DNA of 61,177 nucleotides, the filler included. It is 3 parts of 3 records of this genome, joined end to end, with 100 filler letters (N's around TTAATTAATTAA, not from the genome) between each part and the next. Parts side by side here need not be neighbours in the genome. Positions count along the whole stretch, not along the records: positions 26,842 to 55,311 come from SRR20825019_430; 2 more parts are not named here. One strand, written 5' to 3'. Position numbers and translations under genes: made by a program. The number at the start of each line of letters is the position of its first letter. Position 1 is the first letter of the stretch. Positions 41,601 through 51,400 of this stretch are shown here, in pieces. The notes below the pieces were generated by a model. That model was given only the letters and a program-made list of their open reading frames with translations. It was not told where the DNA came from and searched no databases.

Positions 41601-42009
41601 CGGGCAAAGTGATTTTGACTCTTCGGGCAGGTGAGCCGTCCGGTTGTAGAATCCGTCCCTTGATGCTCCCGGTTTGGGGTTTAACTGTAGTGACGACGAA
41701 CTTGCGCTGGCCTCTTTGTTGGGCCCGGTAACCAGAATGCTGGAGCAGTAATTCCAGCGCTACCGATGGTTCGTATCGACCGACCACCGCATTGGATTTA
41801 ACCTGATTGAGCTCGTTGAATGAGAACAGAATGTCACACGAGGCTTGTTGGGATAATATCAGTAAGGCGTCGGCGGCTGATTGAGCGGGGATGTCGAATT
41901 GAGTGGGCTTTGCGAGCACGGAGGCTCCCTGCAAGCACCCCGAGATAAGCACTACGCGGAGGATGATCGCGAAGAGGCGATCAGGAATGAAACGACGCGA
42001 TACTCGCAT
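38689..42009 (-). CDS. TonB-dependent transducer: STN domain, carboxypeptidase-regulatory-like domain, plug and barrel
   Basis: Signal peptide; FDIPAQ..DAL...QQ STN domain; GSIKGRI...TNRGGGFTF domain; NLRG...ILVNGRR...IEVL...GGVINIV plug; terminal Phe. Confidence 0.92.
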   Translation of the reverse strand: MRVSRRFIPDRLFAIILRVVLISGCLQGASVLAKPTQFDIPAQSAADALLILSQQASCDILFSFNELNQVKSNAVVGRYEPSVALELLLQHSGYRAQQRGQRKFVVTTVKPQTGSIKGRILQPDGSPARRVKITLPGARQTTVTNRGGGFTFSLVPPGNHNLLAEAQDHRPIVWEGLEVRASQTLQLAPQTLLLADDLLKLEAFIVTDESARRYTFSQRALIPRVAVGNIDLPRSEDDALPYKIYERDQISRSGVVDLNDFLRRELLDSDASTLPPEQNGAQDSFLAGSSNLNLRGYGSDATIILVNGRRLPESSATVDGMLGAPDVNSIPLSLVQQIEVLPSSASSIYNGNPVGGVINIVLRPDINHTEVTTTYTNAVGGFDAPNSSVSLLHGRTLLDDRLRLRYNATYAKAVPATESELGYQRANNTTTAAPTGAIYRATPNVRSANNSPLFSTSSATTTSVAPGSNGSGGITAFTGRDGIRNFDLYDSPGGFAASPDSIDNPFGRRQERQSYFISAVYDAFSWLQIGIDSMYTQTVVNRGYDVFRGDLKLDATSSLNPFGQDIFVSLNETAPDLGEDYSEAHLELFSTLVGALIKLPADWKLSLDAQYARNTALYRGFAGVDKTRWQQLVDQGIYNPLRDTQLHGAPQEFYDQALIYFGERDQFAKLGDYHALDTAIRATNQNLHIPTGTSVAALGFDYRLTQLKDYTQKVTYADGSLATPAVLWEGRTLERLSVFGEIQAPLLPTRKLPSWVEAIEADIAVRYVIADTSRETNFAPTIGLKVDFSGGLSLRGSASFSNRFPTSAMSRRVTAPSGGGPGINYTNIYDPRRDETYAVETYEDLNPDIIPEGAVTQSLGLLFQRGDIHRFRASLDFVDTRKENEILFLLPQTLLNLETLWPDRITRAPLTPGDTHSVGHVTSVLTGLSNISSRDSQNWNASLDYSWIDCFGGRLDAYTRLVFFQKYDRKIFPTSPTVNQLEFPDGTASGLMRYRSNFGTSWTGSQYAFGFNGHYYHSRILPIPEWPSQHSDRIKNFWQFDIFAQADFSRWLPWFGQHEGLTAQLRINNIFDTSFPKYANESSGAGVQAYGDWRGRTYSLSITARF

Positions 42010-42037
42010 GTTGCGCTAAGACGAATGAGGTATGTTG

Positions 42038-43060
42038 TTACTCGCCTGCGTGCCGATCAGGACGTGTTTCGCGTAGATTCACCTGAATGGTGCCATTGAG
42101 ATTTTGGCTCACACGAACTGGCACGACCTCTTCCAGTGCCGTGAAAAATCCATTGAGATCATCGAGCGAATAGCGACCACCGATTCTTTGCTGAGCGGCT
42201 TCGGGTGAAGCGGTGATGCCGATTCCGTGATAACGAGCGAACCGATCCAGCGCATCGCTCAGAGGTGTGCCTTGGAAGACCACCTGGCCTTGCCGCCAGG
42301 CAATGGTGTTTTCAATAGCGGCCTCGGATAGTTTGCGCATACTGGTGCCGGTGGCATCAAAAGAGAGCTGATCGCCTGCTTTTAATAAAACCGGTGCCGC
42401 ATCATTCTCCAGACTGGCGAGGCTGACTTGGACAATCCCTTCGATCACCGTGACGATGAGCGTATCTGATCGGATGGCTTGCACATCAAATCGGGTGCCT
42501 CTCACTCGCACGGAACCCAGGGGAGTCTCGACGACGAAAGGACGTTCGGCATCTTTGGTAACCTCGAAAAAAGCCTGGCCTTCTGCCAACCGCATTCGGC
42601 GATGCGACTCGGTGATGTCGATATTCAGACTCGTCCGTGCATCAAGATCGACACTACTCCCATCGACTAATTTGAGTGATTGCCGCTGGGCAGCCGGCGT
42701 AGCGAGATTCTCGAATTGATTCTTTGGTTGGAAGATAGTGATGCTCGCGACAACTGCCGCCGCCGCCGCGAGTCCACCGGTCAATAGCCGTGGCCACCAA
42801 CGCTTGGACTGAGCCAAGGAAGGTTTTCCAGGCGGTAATTCGACATCGGTGTCGGACAGTATTTGAGGAAGCTTCTCTTCGAGATCGGTCGAGAATTGGC
42901 AATATTCTGTGAGGAGTTCCCGGCGACATGGATCGCCGGCCAGCCAAGAGGTTAATTCCAGACGCGCTTCGGCGGAAAGGTCCGATCCGTCGAGTCGAGC
43001 AGCCCATAACGAGGCGGCTTCGTCCAATTCGGTATCAATAGCTTGATTGAAATGAGTCAT
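42038..43060 (-). CDS. FecR-family anti-sigma / signal transducer
   Basis: EAASLWAARL...WL N-domain, one TM, LVDGSSVDLD, GQAFFEV, RPFVV, VRGTRF, AWRQG. Confidence 0.92.
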   Translation of the reverse strand: MTHFNQAIDTELDEAASLWAARLDGSDLSAEARLELTSWLAGDPCRRELLTEYCQFSTDLEEKLPQILSDTDVELPPGKPSLAQSKRWWPRLLTGGLAAAAAVVASITIFQPKNQFENLATPAAQRQSLKLVDGSSVDLDARTSLNIDITESHRRMRLAEGQAFFEVTKDAERPFVVETPLGSVRVRGTRFDVQAIRSDTLIVTVIEGIVQVSLASLENDAAPVLLKAGDQLSFDATGTSMRKLSEAAIENTIAWRQGQVVFQGTPLSDALDRFARYHGIGITASPEAAQQRIGGRYSLDDLNGFFTALEEVVPVRVSQNLNGTIQVNLRETRPDRHAGE

Positions 43061-43623
43061 GATTGGATATCCCTTTCGATTTTCGGGCTATCAATGGATG
43101 CCTGTTGATCAGACGTTTTTTGAAGTTCGATGCGTAACAAGCGGAGGGCTCGGGCGTGTTGTTTTTCGACGGTGCTCACGGCAATGCCGAGACGAAGGGC
43201 TATATCTTTGTGTGATAAAAGTTCGATTTTTCGTAACAGAAGCACTTTTCGGCAACCTAGGGGTAATTGGGATATGGCGGATTCGAGGTGTGCCCATTCT
43301 TGTCTAGCGACAACTTGCTGAACGACTCCGGGGTTTTTGGAGGCGGCCTGATCGAGATCAGCCGGTCCGTTTATGAATGGAGCGACACGACGTCGTTTGA
43401 GTCGATTGAATGCGAGACGTTTCGCGGTGGTATAGAGGAGGGCTTCAGGGTTGATAGCTGAAGCGTCCTCAATTTTCGGAAATATCCTCAAAAAGGCATC
43501 GTGCGCGACATCCTGCGCCTCTGCAGAATTACCTAAAATCCGAGTTAGATAACTACGCAGTGGAGCCAAAGTCTTCTGATAGAGATCGGTAAAGGAGGGA
43601 GAATGTTCGGGAATGTCCGACAT
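43057..43623 (-). CDS. FecI-like ECF sigma factor
   Basis: AQDVAHDAFLR region 2, LPLGCRKVLLL...SHKDIA.RLGIAVSTVEKQ region 4; overlaps the fecR start; start uncertain (43623-43707). Confidence 0.9.
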   Translation of the reverse strand: MSDIPEHSPSFTDLYQKTLAPLRSYLTRILGNSAEAQDVAHDAFLRIFPKIEDASAINPEALLYTTAKRLAFNRLKRRRVAPFINGPADLDQAASKNPGVVQQVVARQEWAHLESAISQLPLGCRKVLLLRKIELLSHKDIALRLGIAVSTVEKQHARALRLLRIELQKTSDQQASIDSPKIERDIQS

Positions 43624-43781
43624 GGGAGTATTGCCAGGTAGTTTCAGCTTACCCTTCACGACCATCGAAGGGTGAGAACCCGCTATCGGGAACGCAAGAT
43701 TCTGCATTTTATGAGCAAAAGCTGAGATATGGGCAGAATCCTGCGCTTGATTTGTTCTGCAGTGTCACCGTCATTAAACGC

Positions 43782-44246
43782 ATGCGACTTATTAAGCTGT
43801 TTGGATTGAGCTGGTTGAAAGGTGCCGCACTGGCCGGAATCCTTCTATCCCATGGACTCATTGCCCATGCAGTAGAACGCAGCCTGACAATCGACGCGCC
43901 GATTTCGGTGAAGATGGATCAGACGGTGGCAGTTACAATCGAGGCCAGCACGGACGCAGTAGGTGAACAGATTGGTTTTCTCCAGGTGGAATTCTCCATT
44001 GATGGCGGAAAAACGTGGGAGGCGATCTGTTACCTACAGAATTCCGGGCCGCGTGTGGTGCAGCCTGCCCAGTTCAAACCCGGTTCAGCGGGGTCTGTAG
44101 TTGAAGTGCGTGCGCGGGCAGCGTTCCGGGACGGATTGGCAGGGGATGTGGATTACCGAGGCGCGGCTATTCTGTGGCAGGGAGATTGGAAGGTGTGGGG
44201 GACCCCACCGGCCAAGCGGGTGGTCATTAAGGTGACTCCGCAATGA
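43782..44246 (+). CDS. exported hypothetical protein with a single Asp-box motif
   Basis: Signal peptide ending AHA; SIDGGKTW fits SxDxGxTW; beta-rich composition. Confidence 0.65.
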   Translation: MRLIKLFGLSWLKGAALAGILLSHGLIAHAVERSLTIDAPISVKMDQTVAVTIEASTDAVGEQIGFLQVEFSIDGGKTWEAICYLQNSGPRVVQPAQFKPGSAGSVVEVRARAAFRDGLAGDVDYRGAAILWQGDWKVWGTPPAKRVVIKVTPQ

Positions 44247-44249
44247 TGT

Positions 44250-47200
44250 TTAGTGCAGGTCGTAGGCGCGCTGGAGTGCTTTGGCACGTTCGACATGCAT
44301 GAATTCCAAAGTGGGCAGCGTTACGGTAGGATCGCTTGTGGTGGGCTCCGCGAGCAAGCTACGCACTTCGGTGCCCCGCCAATCGGTAAATTGGGCAAGC
44401 GTCGCGGGCCAAGCCCAGAGTGAACAGACCGTGATCAGTGCCATGGTAGCAATCGTGATCCAGCGACGGGGTTCCAATCCGGGGATACGAGAGAATAGAG
44501 TCGATAAAATGACTCCAGCAAAAGGGAGAGTGGCGATCAACGAGCTGTATTGATAACGTGAGCTCATGGCCGCAAGAAAGCCTGTGTGATATCGACCGAT
44601 CCCAAGCAGGACGGCATTGCCCAGATCAAAAGCGAGCAAGAGCAGAAGAACGTGCAAAACCCTGCCGTGACTTAACCGTAAAGCGGTAAAGACGATCCCG
44701 ATTTTAATTGTGGCGATGAGAATCATTGTGCCGGGATGCAGCGAGGTGTTACCAAGAAGTGCGTGGACAGGATTGAGGAGGAAGTAACTCGTCCCGAACT
44801 CCATCATCTCTCCCCAATGTCCGGTCATGTGTTGGTGATTTCCGCTGGAACTCAGCTTGATCACGAGAGCGACAGCGACGGCCGGAAGCAGGCAGAGGAG
44901 GGCGCCAGGCAGCTTCTTGAAAACGAGACGCGGAGCGAAACAAGTGATGGCTGGAAGTAAACAACCGAGCGCCATCACGGCACCCGTTAAGACCCCTCTG
45001 GAGAAGGAGCAGGCACTGGCAGTAGCGAATATAAAGAGTGGTAAATGGATGCGCCAAGAAAACCCATCGAGGTGTTGCCGGTTTCTCTCCAACCACCACA
45101 ATCCCATCAGCAGAAAGTTTGTGGCCAACACTGCTGACCATTGGACGGACCAACCAAGCGTTTCGATATTTACGGGCGAGAGTGCGAAGATCAGCACACT
45201 AAACAGGGTCGCGACCTTGGAGAATCCCGCGCGATCTAATAGGCGAGCAAAGAAGAACGTGTTCAGGGCATGGCTCAGCCAGAGCAACCAGAGCATCGCC
45301 TGATAACTACCGCCAAACAGGAAAACCGCATTGCCCCAAAGCACCTTGAACAGAGGGACGAAGTTTTCCGAAAATACCAACGTGGTCCATTTCATCAGTC
45401 CCATTTGAGCCATTTGATCCAGCAGGAAGAAATCATCTCCAAACCAAAAAAGCTCTTTGAATTCCCGATACCAGATAAGGAACGGGAAGAAGGCGCCTAA
45501 TCCTGCGATCCATGGAATCCGAGGGTATCGGATAGTAGTCTCATCCCCGTCAGGGGGTGGCTCTGCAGTGAGGGTTTTATCTCTAGTTTCGAAGAGCGGT
45601 GAGCGACGCTGCCTGCTCGTGGAGAATAGATCCCAAGTGACCGCGATTAAGAATACGAGAACGAGTGGGTAGATTGGAGCAAAGGAGGTGACCGATAAAA
45701 CGGGGAAGGATGTCGTGTGGATCAGACTGTGAATGATAATCGATGCGGTGACAGCTCCGAGCGCGGCAAGAGCCAGCGTTAAAGAATAGGTCCAAGTCCG
45801 GCGCCAGAAGGACCATGCGGCTCGAATGGCGACTAGCGCGAGAGACAGATAGAAGAGGATCGGGATGACCTTTCGGATGGATTTACCGATGCGATGCAGT
45901 GTTTCGACTTTCCAAGCGTTGAGCAGGTAGCGCTTGGCTCCGACGACATCAAGCTCTCCGGCAGGAGGGGATAGTCTTTCTCGCGTGATGTCACGGAACA
46001 ACTGGAGCTGTTCCGGTGAACCTTCGCTTGGTGGAGGCCGGGCGCTGAAAAGACTGAATCGGGCTACGAAGTCGGTAAATTCGATTAGGTTGTGCACGAA
46101 TGGTGCCGCCTGCCCTTGGTGCCAGACGGGCAGGAATCCGCTACGATACGCTCGCGCAGGCAAGAGGCCTTGATCACAGGCAGCATTGATTTCGTGAGCT
46201 AAGTCTTTGTAAAAGGCCATCGCTTGCGATGGGGCGTTCGCGTGCCCCGCATGACGCGTCGCGTCGCGCAGCGCCCACATTAACCAGCCTCCGCCGATCT
46301 GTTCCTGATTAGCAGGTAGGTGGGTGAAAAATTCCGAGGCACCGGCCCAGCCAAGGGCGATGCCGGAATCGAATTGTTGCTGGAGCTCAGCGAACTTGGG
46401 GCTCACTCGGGCGATTGCCTCTCTTGCATCCCGGGTTACTGGCACGTAAGGAATTTCCGGTCCGACCTGCACCCGCAGCATCGCCCCGTAAGCATCTTGA
46501 AATTCCGAAGCACGGAATTCGCAGGTGCCGAACCATCCATAATGGTGCTTGTTGAGAGCGCTTACCGTGAAGACAGGCAAACAGGCGGTTCCCAGCCCAA
46601 TGGAGAGGAAGACGATGGCGCGACGTCCCAAATCCTTGGAATCACGCCAGGCTCCGAAAATAAAGGCTCCCGCGAGCAATACCATACTGGGTAGAATCCA
46701 AAAGCTTTCCTCTCGTGTGAGATAAAACGCCCCGCTCGCCAGACCGAATAGTAACGACCAAGTCATCAATCGCTTCGACGATTGCTTGCGTCGCAGATAC
46801 AGCGCGATCATGGCGGCAAAAATCATGAGCGCCAGTGAGCCGTAAACCTGTTGCCGGAGCACTCGCCCCATGCCGGGCATATCAAAGGTCATAGGGTTGC
46901 CCAGTAAGACTGCGTAGATTGAGAAGCGCGCGCCGATCGATTTTAGGGCTGGGCTTAACGACTGGGCGAACAGTGCGCAGGCGGCGGCATAGAAGGTGTG
47001 TTGGGCCAGGAAAAGGGGCACACCAGCCAGGAAGGCTCCGGCAATGAAGATCGAATAGAAGGGACCTTTGGCAAGGGTGAGTTCGTTATATGGTCCGAGC
47101 CAATCGCCGTTGATGAGATGTTGTGCGAGTTGAATGAACAGCAGATCGTCATGTCCCGCATTACTGATCGCGAAGATACCTTGGCCCCGCGTGAGCCAGA

Positions 47201-47264
47201 GTTTGATCCCCGTGAGAATAATGGCTAACGCCAACCAGAACCGGTTGCGTGCTTCGGTGGTCAT
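44250..47264 (-). CDS. large polytopic membrane protein with two tandem GT-C-like modules
   Basis: TM1 then HDD loop, TM bundle and soluble domain; polar linker; second TM then GDDF loop and second TM bundle. Confidence 0.7.
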   Translation of the reverse strand: MTTEARNRFWLALAIILTGIKLWLTRGQGIFAISNAGHDDLLFIQLAQHLINGDWLGPYNELTLAKGPFYSIFIAGAFLAGVPLFLAQHTFYAAACALFAQSLSPALKSIGARFSIYAVLLGNPMTFDMPGMGRVLRQQVYGSLALMIFAAMIALYLRRKQSSKRLMTWSLLFGLASGAFYLTREESFWILPSMVLLAGAFIFGAWRDSKDLGRRAIVFLSIGLGTACLPVFTVSALNKHHYGWFGTCEFRASEFQDAYGAMLRVQVGPEIPYVPVTRDAREAIARVSPKFAELQQQFDSGIALGWAGASEFFTHLPANQEQIGGGWLMWALRDATRHAGHANAPSQAMAFYKDLAHEINAACDQGLLPARAYRSGFLPVWHQGQAAPFVHNLIEFTDFVARFSLFSARPPPSEGSPEQLQLFRDITRERLSPPAGELDVVGAKRYLLNAWKVETLHRIGKSIRKVIPILFYLSLALVAIRAAWSFWRRTWTYSLTLALAALGAVTASIIIHSLIHTTSFPVLSVTSFAPIYPLVLVFLIAVTWDLFSTSRQRRSPLFETRDKTLTAEPPPDGDETTIRYPRIPWIAGLGAFFPFLIWYREFKELFWFGDDFFLLDQMAQMGLMKWTTLVFSENFVPLFKVLWGNAVFLFGGSYQAMLWLLWLSHALNTFFFARLLDRAGFSKVATLFSVLIFALSPVNIETLGWSVQWSAVLATNFLLMGLWWLERNRQHLDGFSWRIHLPLFIFATASACSFSRGVLTGAVMALGCLLPAITCFAPRLVFKKLPGALLCLLPAVAVALVIKLSSSGNHQHMTGHWGEMMEFGTSYFLLNPVHALLGNTSLHPGTMILIATIKIGIVFTALRLSHGRVLHVLLLLLAFDLGNAVLLGIGRYHTGFLAAMSSRYQYSSLIATLPFAGVILSTLFSRIPGLEPRRWITIATMALITVCSLWAWPATLAQFTDWRGTEVRSLLAEPTTSDPTVTLPTLEFMHVERAKALQRAYDLH

Positions 47265-48442
47265 GCGGACTGTGATCTGGTATCAAGACGCAGCACGCCG
47301 AGAAAGAAGCTCGTCAGAATCATTTGGAAACCGAGCAGCATCCCGAGAGCTCCAGGAATGACCCAACGTAAAGTTTCGGTCGGTTGCAGGCTCCCAAAGC
47401 CTTGATCTCCCCAGAAGCTGACAGCGCCAATGGAGAGAACCAAGCCGATGAGCACCAATAAGCTACCAGCGATGAGGCCTACTTCCAAGGTGAGATACTT
47501 GATCCATTTTTGAAAACCCGCCTCCGCGCTATACAGCCCTGCTCGAACAGCGAAGAGCTTACTGAGCACCGCAAAGGAAACGGCCTGAAATCCAATGAGC
47601 ACGGCAACCCCTGAGAAGAGGAGGGTATGCACATCCAAAGTGATGCGACCCAAGGGGAGTGGGCCCGGTAATAAGGCGGCTCCGACGGCGATCCCAATCG
47701 TCATGAGAATAATGCCGGGATACCAAAATAACCAGCGCGGGCTGAATAGGAGCATGAACCGCAGGTGACGCCAGCCGTCGCGCCAGGGGCGAAGGTGGGG
47801 CGGCCGATCACGTCCGTCCTTTCGTAACACGGTGGGAACTTCCTCGACACGGAGACCGAAAAGCACGGATTTTATAACGATTTCAGACGCGAGTTCCATG
47901 CCCGTGGTGCGCAAATCCATCCGCTGGTAAGCCTCCGTGGTGAAGCCTCGCAAGCCGCAATGGAAATCACCGATACCCGTCTTGAAAAACAGGCGGCCGA
48001 TAAAAGAAAGAATAGGGTTCCCAATGTGACGGTTTTTCCAAGGCATCGCGCCAGGTTCGACTCCGCCGAGGAATCGGTTGCCCATCACCAAATCGGCACC
48101 ACTGCGCAGACGATCGACGAAGCGTGGCAGATGAGAGAAATTGTAGCTCCCGTCGGCATCACCCATGATAATAAACCTGCCGTGAGCGGCTGCGATGCCA
48201 CCACGCAGTGCGTTCCCGTATCCTTTAATAGCAATGGGTTCAACCCTCGCGCCATTATCGATCGCAATTTGTTGTGAGCCATCCGTGCTGCCATTATCGG
48301 CCACCACGACTTCGCCCACGATTCCATGTGCTTCCATGGCATCAATGGCCTCGCGCACACATCCGGCGAGAGTCAATGCCTCGTCGAGGCAAGGAATGAC
48401 TACGGTTAATTCGATTTGGTTTAGAGTATCGTTATCCGGCAC
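47261..48442 (-). CDS. GT2 DPM1-like glycosyltransferase with C-terminal multi-TM domain
   Basis: VIPCLDEA, ADNGSTDGS, GYGNAL, MGDADGSY, DFHCGLRG, WRDGWRHL, then about 4 TM helices; GTG start 48442. Confidence 0.9.
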   Translation of the reverse strand: MPDNDTLNQIELTVVIPCLDEALTLAGCVREAIDAMEAHGIVGEVVVADNGSTDGSQQIAIDNGARVEPIAIKGYGNALRGGIAAAHGRFIIMGDADGSYNFSHLPRFVDRLRSGADLVMGNRFLGGVEPGAMPWKNRHIGNPILSFIGRLFFKTGIGDFHCGLRGFTTEAYQRMDLRTTGMELASEIVIKSVLFGLRVEEVPTVLRKDGRDRPPHLRPWRDGWRHLRFMLLFSPRWLFWYPGIILMTIGIAVGAALLPGPLPLGRITLDVHTLLFSGVAVLIGFQAVSFAVLSKLFAVRAGLYSAEAGFQKWIKYLTLEVGLIAGSLLVLIGLVLSIGAVSFWGDQGFGSLQPTETLRWVIPGALGMLLGFQMILTSFFLGVLRLDTRSQSA

Positions 48443-48495
48443 GGTATAAAATTTTAGATATGAGGAGCGACTAAAGCCGAAAAGCCAAGCAAGGC

Positions 48496-51400
48496 TTATG
48501 AATAGCTTCGCCGCTGCCCCCACCAGCTGATGGAAGCACAAATTGTAGCGATGAACGCGATCATCCCAAGGGTGGAGTGAAGCCTGACATGGCCTTCGTT
48601 CTTGAGCTGACGCTGAAGTTGTTGGTCCAGTGTAGGATTCTCGGTTGGAATAGGTGGGGCGGCGGCCACCCACGCCTCCGTGTCGGTTCTTCCGTCGTAA
48701 AGCACCACGCGAGCGTTGCATCCTTGATAGTTGCTAACATCAACCTGCCAGTAACCGATGTCTGTTCGGTTGGGGCCGGGGCAACCGATCTCGGTATCTG
48801 TCGCTTCCCCTGCTTGATCGAGTATCCGAATACGGAGCCCATTGCCATTTCCGATGGGGTATCCTGCGTAGGGGACGACTAACCAAGGTGAGGTGATCTT
48901 GAATACAGAGCTGATGACTGTGCCGGTGAAACCTGTCCCGTCTGGGGCGGTTCCGAAGAATTTGTTTCGCAGCACAACGGGAGTGATGGGGGCGGCTCCT
49001 TGAAACCGGTGGGAATCATATGTGGTCGGTCCATGGACCGAGAAAGAAAAATTAGTTAATGCTGCCTCGCCACCGATAGTTTGTTGCCATCTTTCTTCCT
49101 GATTGAAGGCGAATGGGTTGGACCACACTGAGAGTAATAAAATGGCCAGACCGCCGATGCTGGCGGATATCCGCCAGCGCCATCGGTCCTTAGAATCAGG
49201 TAAATATTCGGCAACTTCAGAGGAAGGACCGTGACACGAATGAAGGACCATCCCGATTATCGTAAGGATTAGTCCGGAGCCGAGCAGCCACAACCATTTC
49301 GACTGGAGAGCGCGAACCGCGCGTTCGCTTAGTCCAGGCGTATTGTCTGGAAACACCGATGCCGGGAGCACGGTTGAGAAATTGGGGGATTCGAGCAGAT
49401 CGATCAGAGCGTCAGAATCGTGATAGAGTAATCCGCGAGCATTGGGCGCATCAAGTGGAGCCCGATCGTGCTCCTGTAGCACGCTTTGGATGGCATCACG
49501 TCGAATCTTAGCTTCGCTTGCGGCATGGTTGTGGAAATGCCGCGATTGCCCTTCAAGTGTATTGGTTATCAAACCGCCGATGACCAGCCCGCACCAGATG
49601 ACGCCTAGCGTAAGTAAGGTTGGGCGCATTCTCGCTGAGTTGGGAATCAGCCGCGTTAGTGCCATGGCACTGGCTAACAAACCCAAGAAATGCAGATCGC
49701 CGTAATGAGAAACAAACCCTTCACCGGCATTTGTTAGTTTCGATGAGAGTATTAACGAATAGCCGACCTTCCAAAGGCCGAGTGAGAAGATGATTCGATC
49801 AAATGCAGTGATCTCCGGCCTGTTGCGCAACCGAAGGGCATGGATGAGCCAGGGGAGCATGATGATGCCAACGGCGCCTGGTATGGCGCTAGGCCATCCC
49901 AGAAGATGAAACCAATTGTGGAGATAAGTGATGGGATTCTGAAAAAGTGATGTCGTTAAGGGGGCTTGCTTGAGCAATGATCCAAGGATCAGACCGAGCA
50001 TCCCGATAGATAGCGGCAGCAGGTGGTCGCGGATTTTTCGTGGCCCCGACCAGAAATATGACGCGACTACCACGAGTGGAGTTATCCACATCCCTTGAAT
50101 GGTGAATAGTGCGACAAAAGCGGCGGCTTGGGCGACCCACCATGGGCGGGACCATGGTGGCTGGGTGCAGGTGCCGTGCAGGTGAAGGAGTATGCAAACC
50201 AGAGCAAGAGGAGTGGCGGATTGATAGCCCCAGATAATATTTTCCCAAGCGTGAGGGATGCTTCCGGCCAAGATTAGAATAGCTATGATGGGGAGTGCGG
50301 CGACCGGCTTTAAGTATCGCAAGATCCATCCGGCTACGATCATGGAAAAGCCTGTGAATAGCACGGCGTTGACTGTCATTTGAACCAAGGGATCCCACTT
50401 GCCCGAGATCAAAAGCTGGAGCCAAATGAATACACGATTCCATACGGGAATATGTTCAGCATGCGGTATGAAAAAATCGCCAAACGAGAGCGTGCCATCG
50501 AGCCATGGTCGCACGACCTGCATGCCTTCGACCAACCATTGATCGTAGCGTGGCACATCGCTGGCAAAGTTATGGATTTCGCCGAGGCGAGCAGCAAATA
50601 TTACTGCGGCAGTGCCTCCGATGATCAGTTTTGAAAGTAGAGATGAGAAGGGCTTCCCATTTTGTGAGGTGAAACGGACTAACGAGGGTGATCGCCAAGC
50701 CTGCCATGCATCTAGGACGATGGCGGCAAGGGCGGTAAGGTAAAGGGGATAGGCAGATGCGAGGGCCGCCGTGCTTTGGTTATAAAACGAGGTGACTTGC
50801 ACCAAAATATTGATCACTAGATAAGCGGCGCAGGCTGATAGGAGAGAGAGCGCTAACCCAAGACAGAATGAAAGTCGCCGATCTGCGATGCTTTCCAGGA
50901 CACGGGTTAATCCGATAATCAGGATGAGTGGTCCGAGCCATGAGAAGAGACGTCCAAATCCAAGTCCGACAGTATCAAGTGCCTTTAGCTTGCGCAGGCG
51001 CCATGTCCTGTTCTCAGCACTTTCTTCGACAGGTGATCGAGGAGCGTAGCTCAATGGGGTGCCAATGTAGTCTCGGAATATTTTTAACTCCGCATAATCG
51101 CCAAGACTATCCGGCGAATAAGCGGTGAATCCGCTGAAGGTGTAGAAGTATCGAGTATAATCGAGGGTCGTATCATATATCGGACGAATGAGACTCGAAT
51201 GGAGGATCGGGAGGAAACCGCTGCGAGGAGGACGCGAAGGAAGCCTGCCGTCATCGCAAGCCTGATTTACTTCATTGGCGATTTGACGATAGTAGTGCAT
51301 GGCGGCTCTGGCGTCGGGCGCGACCCCGGCGGCAACGACGGCATCTCGCAATGCCCACATGAACCAGCCTCCACGGATTTGCCGATCAATGGTGGCGAAT

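Noticed and set aside
48443-48721. 93-aa N-terminal extension of the GT2
   Set aside because: Overlaps the upstream gene in another frame; the GT2 domain begins just after GTG 48442
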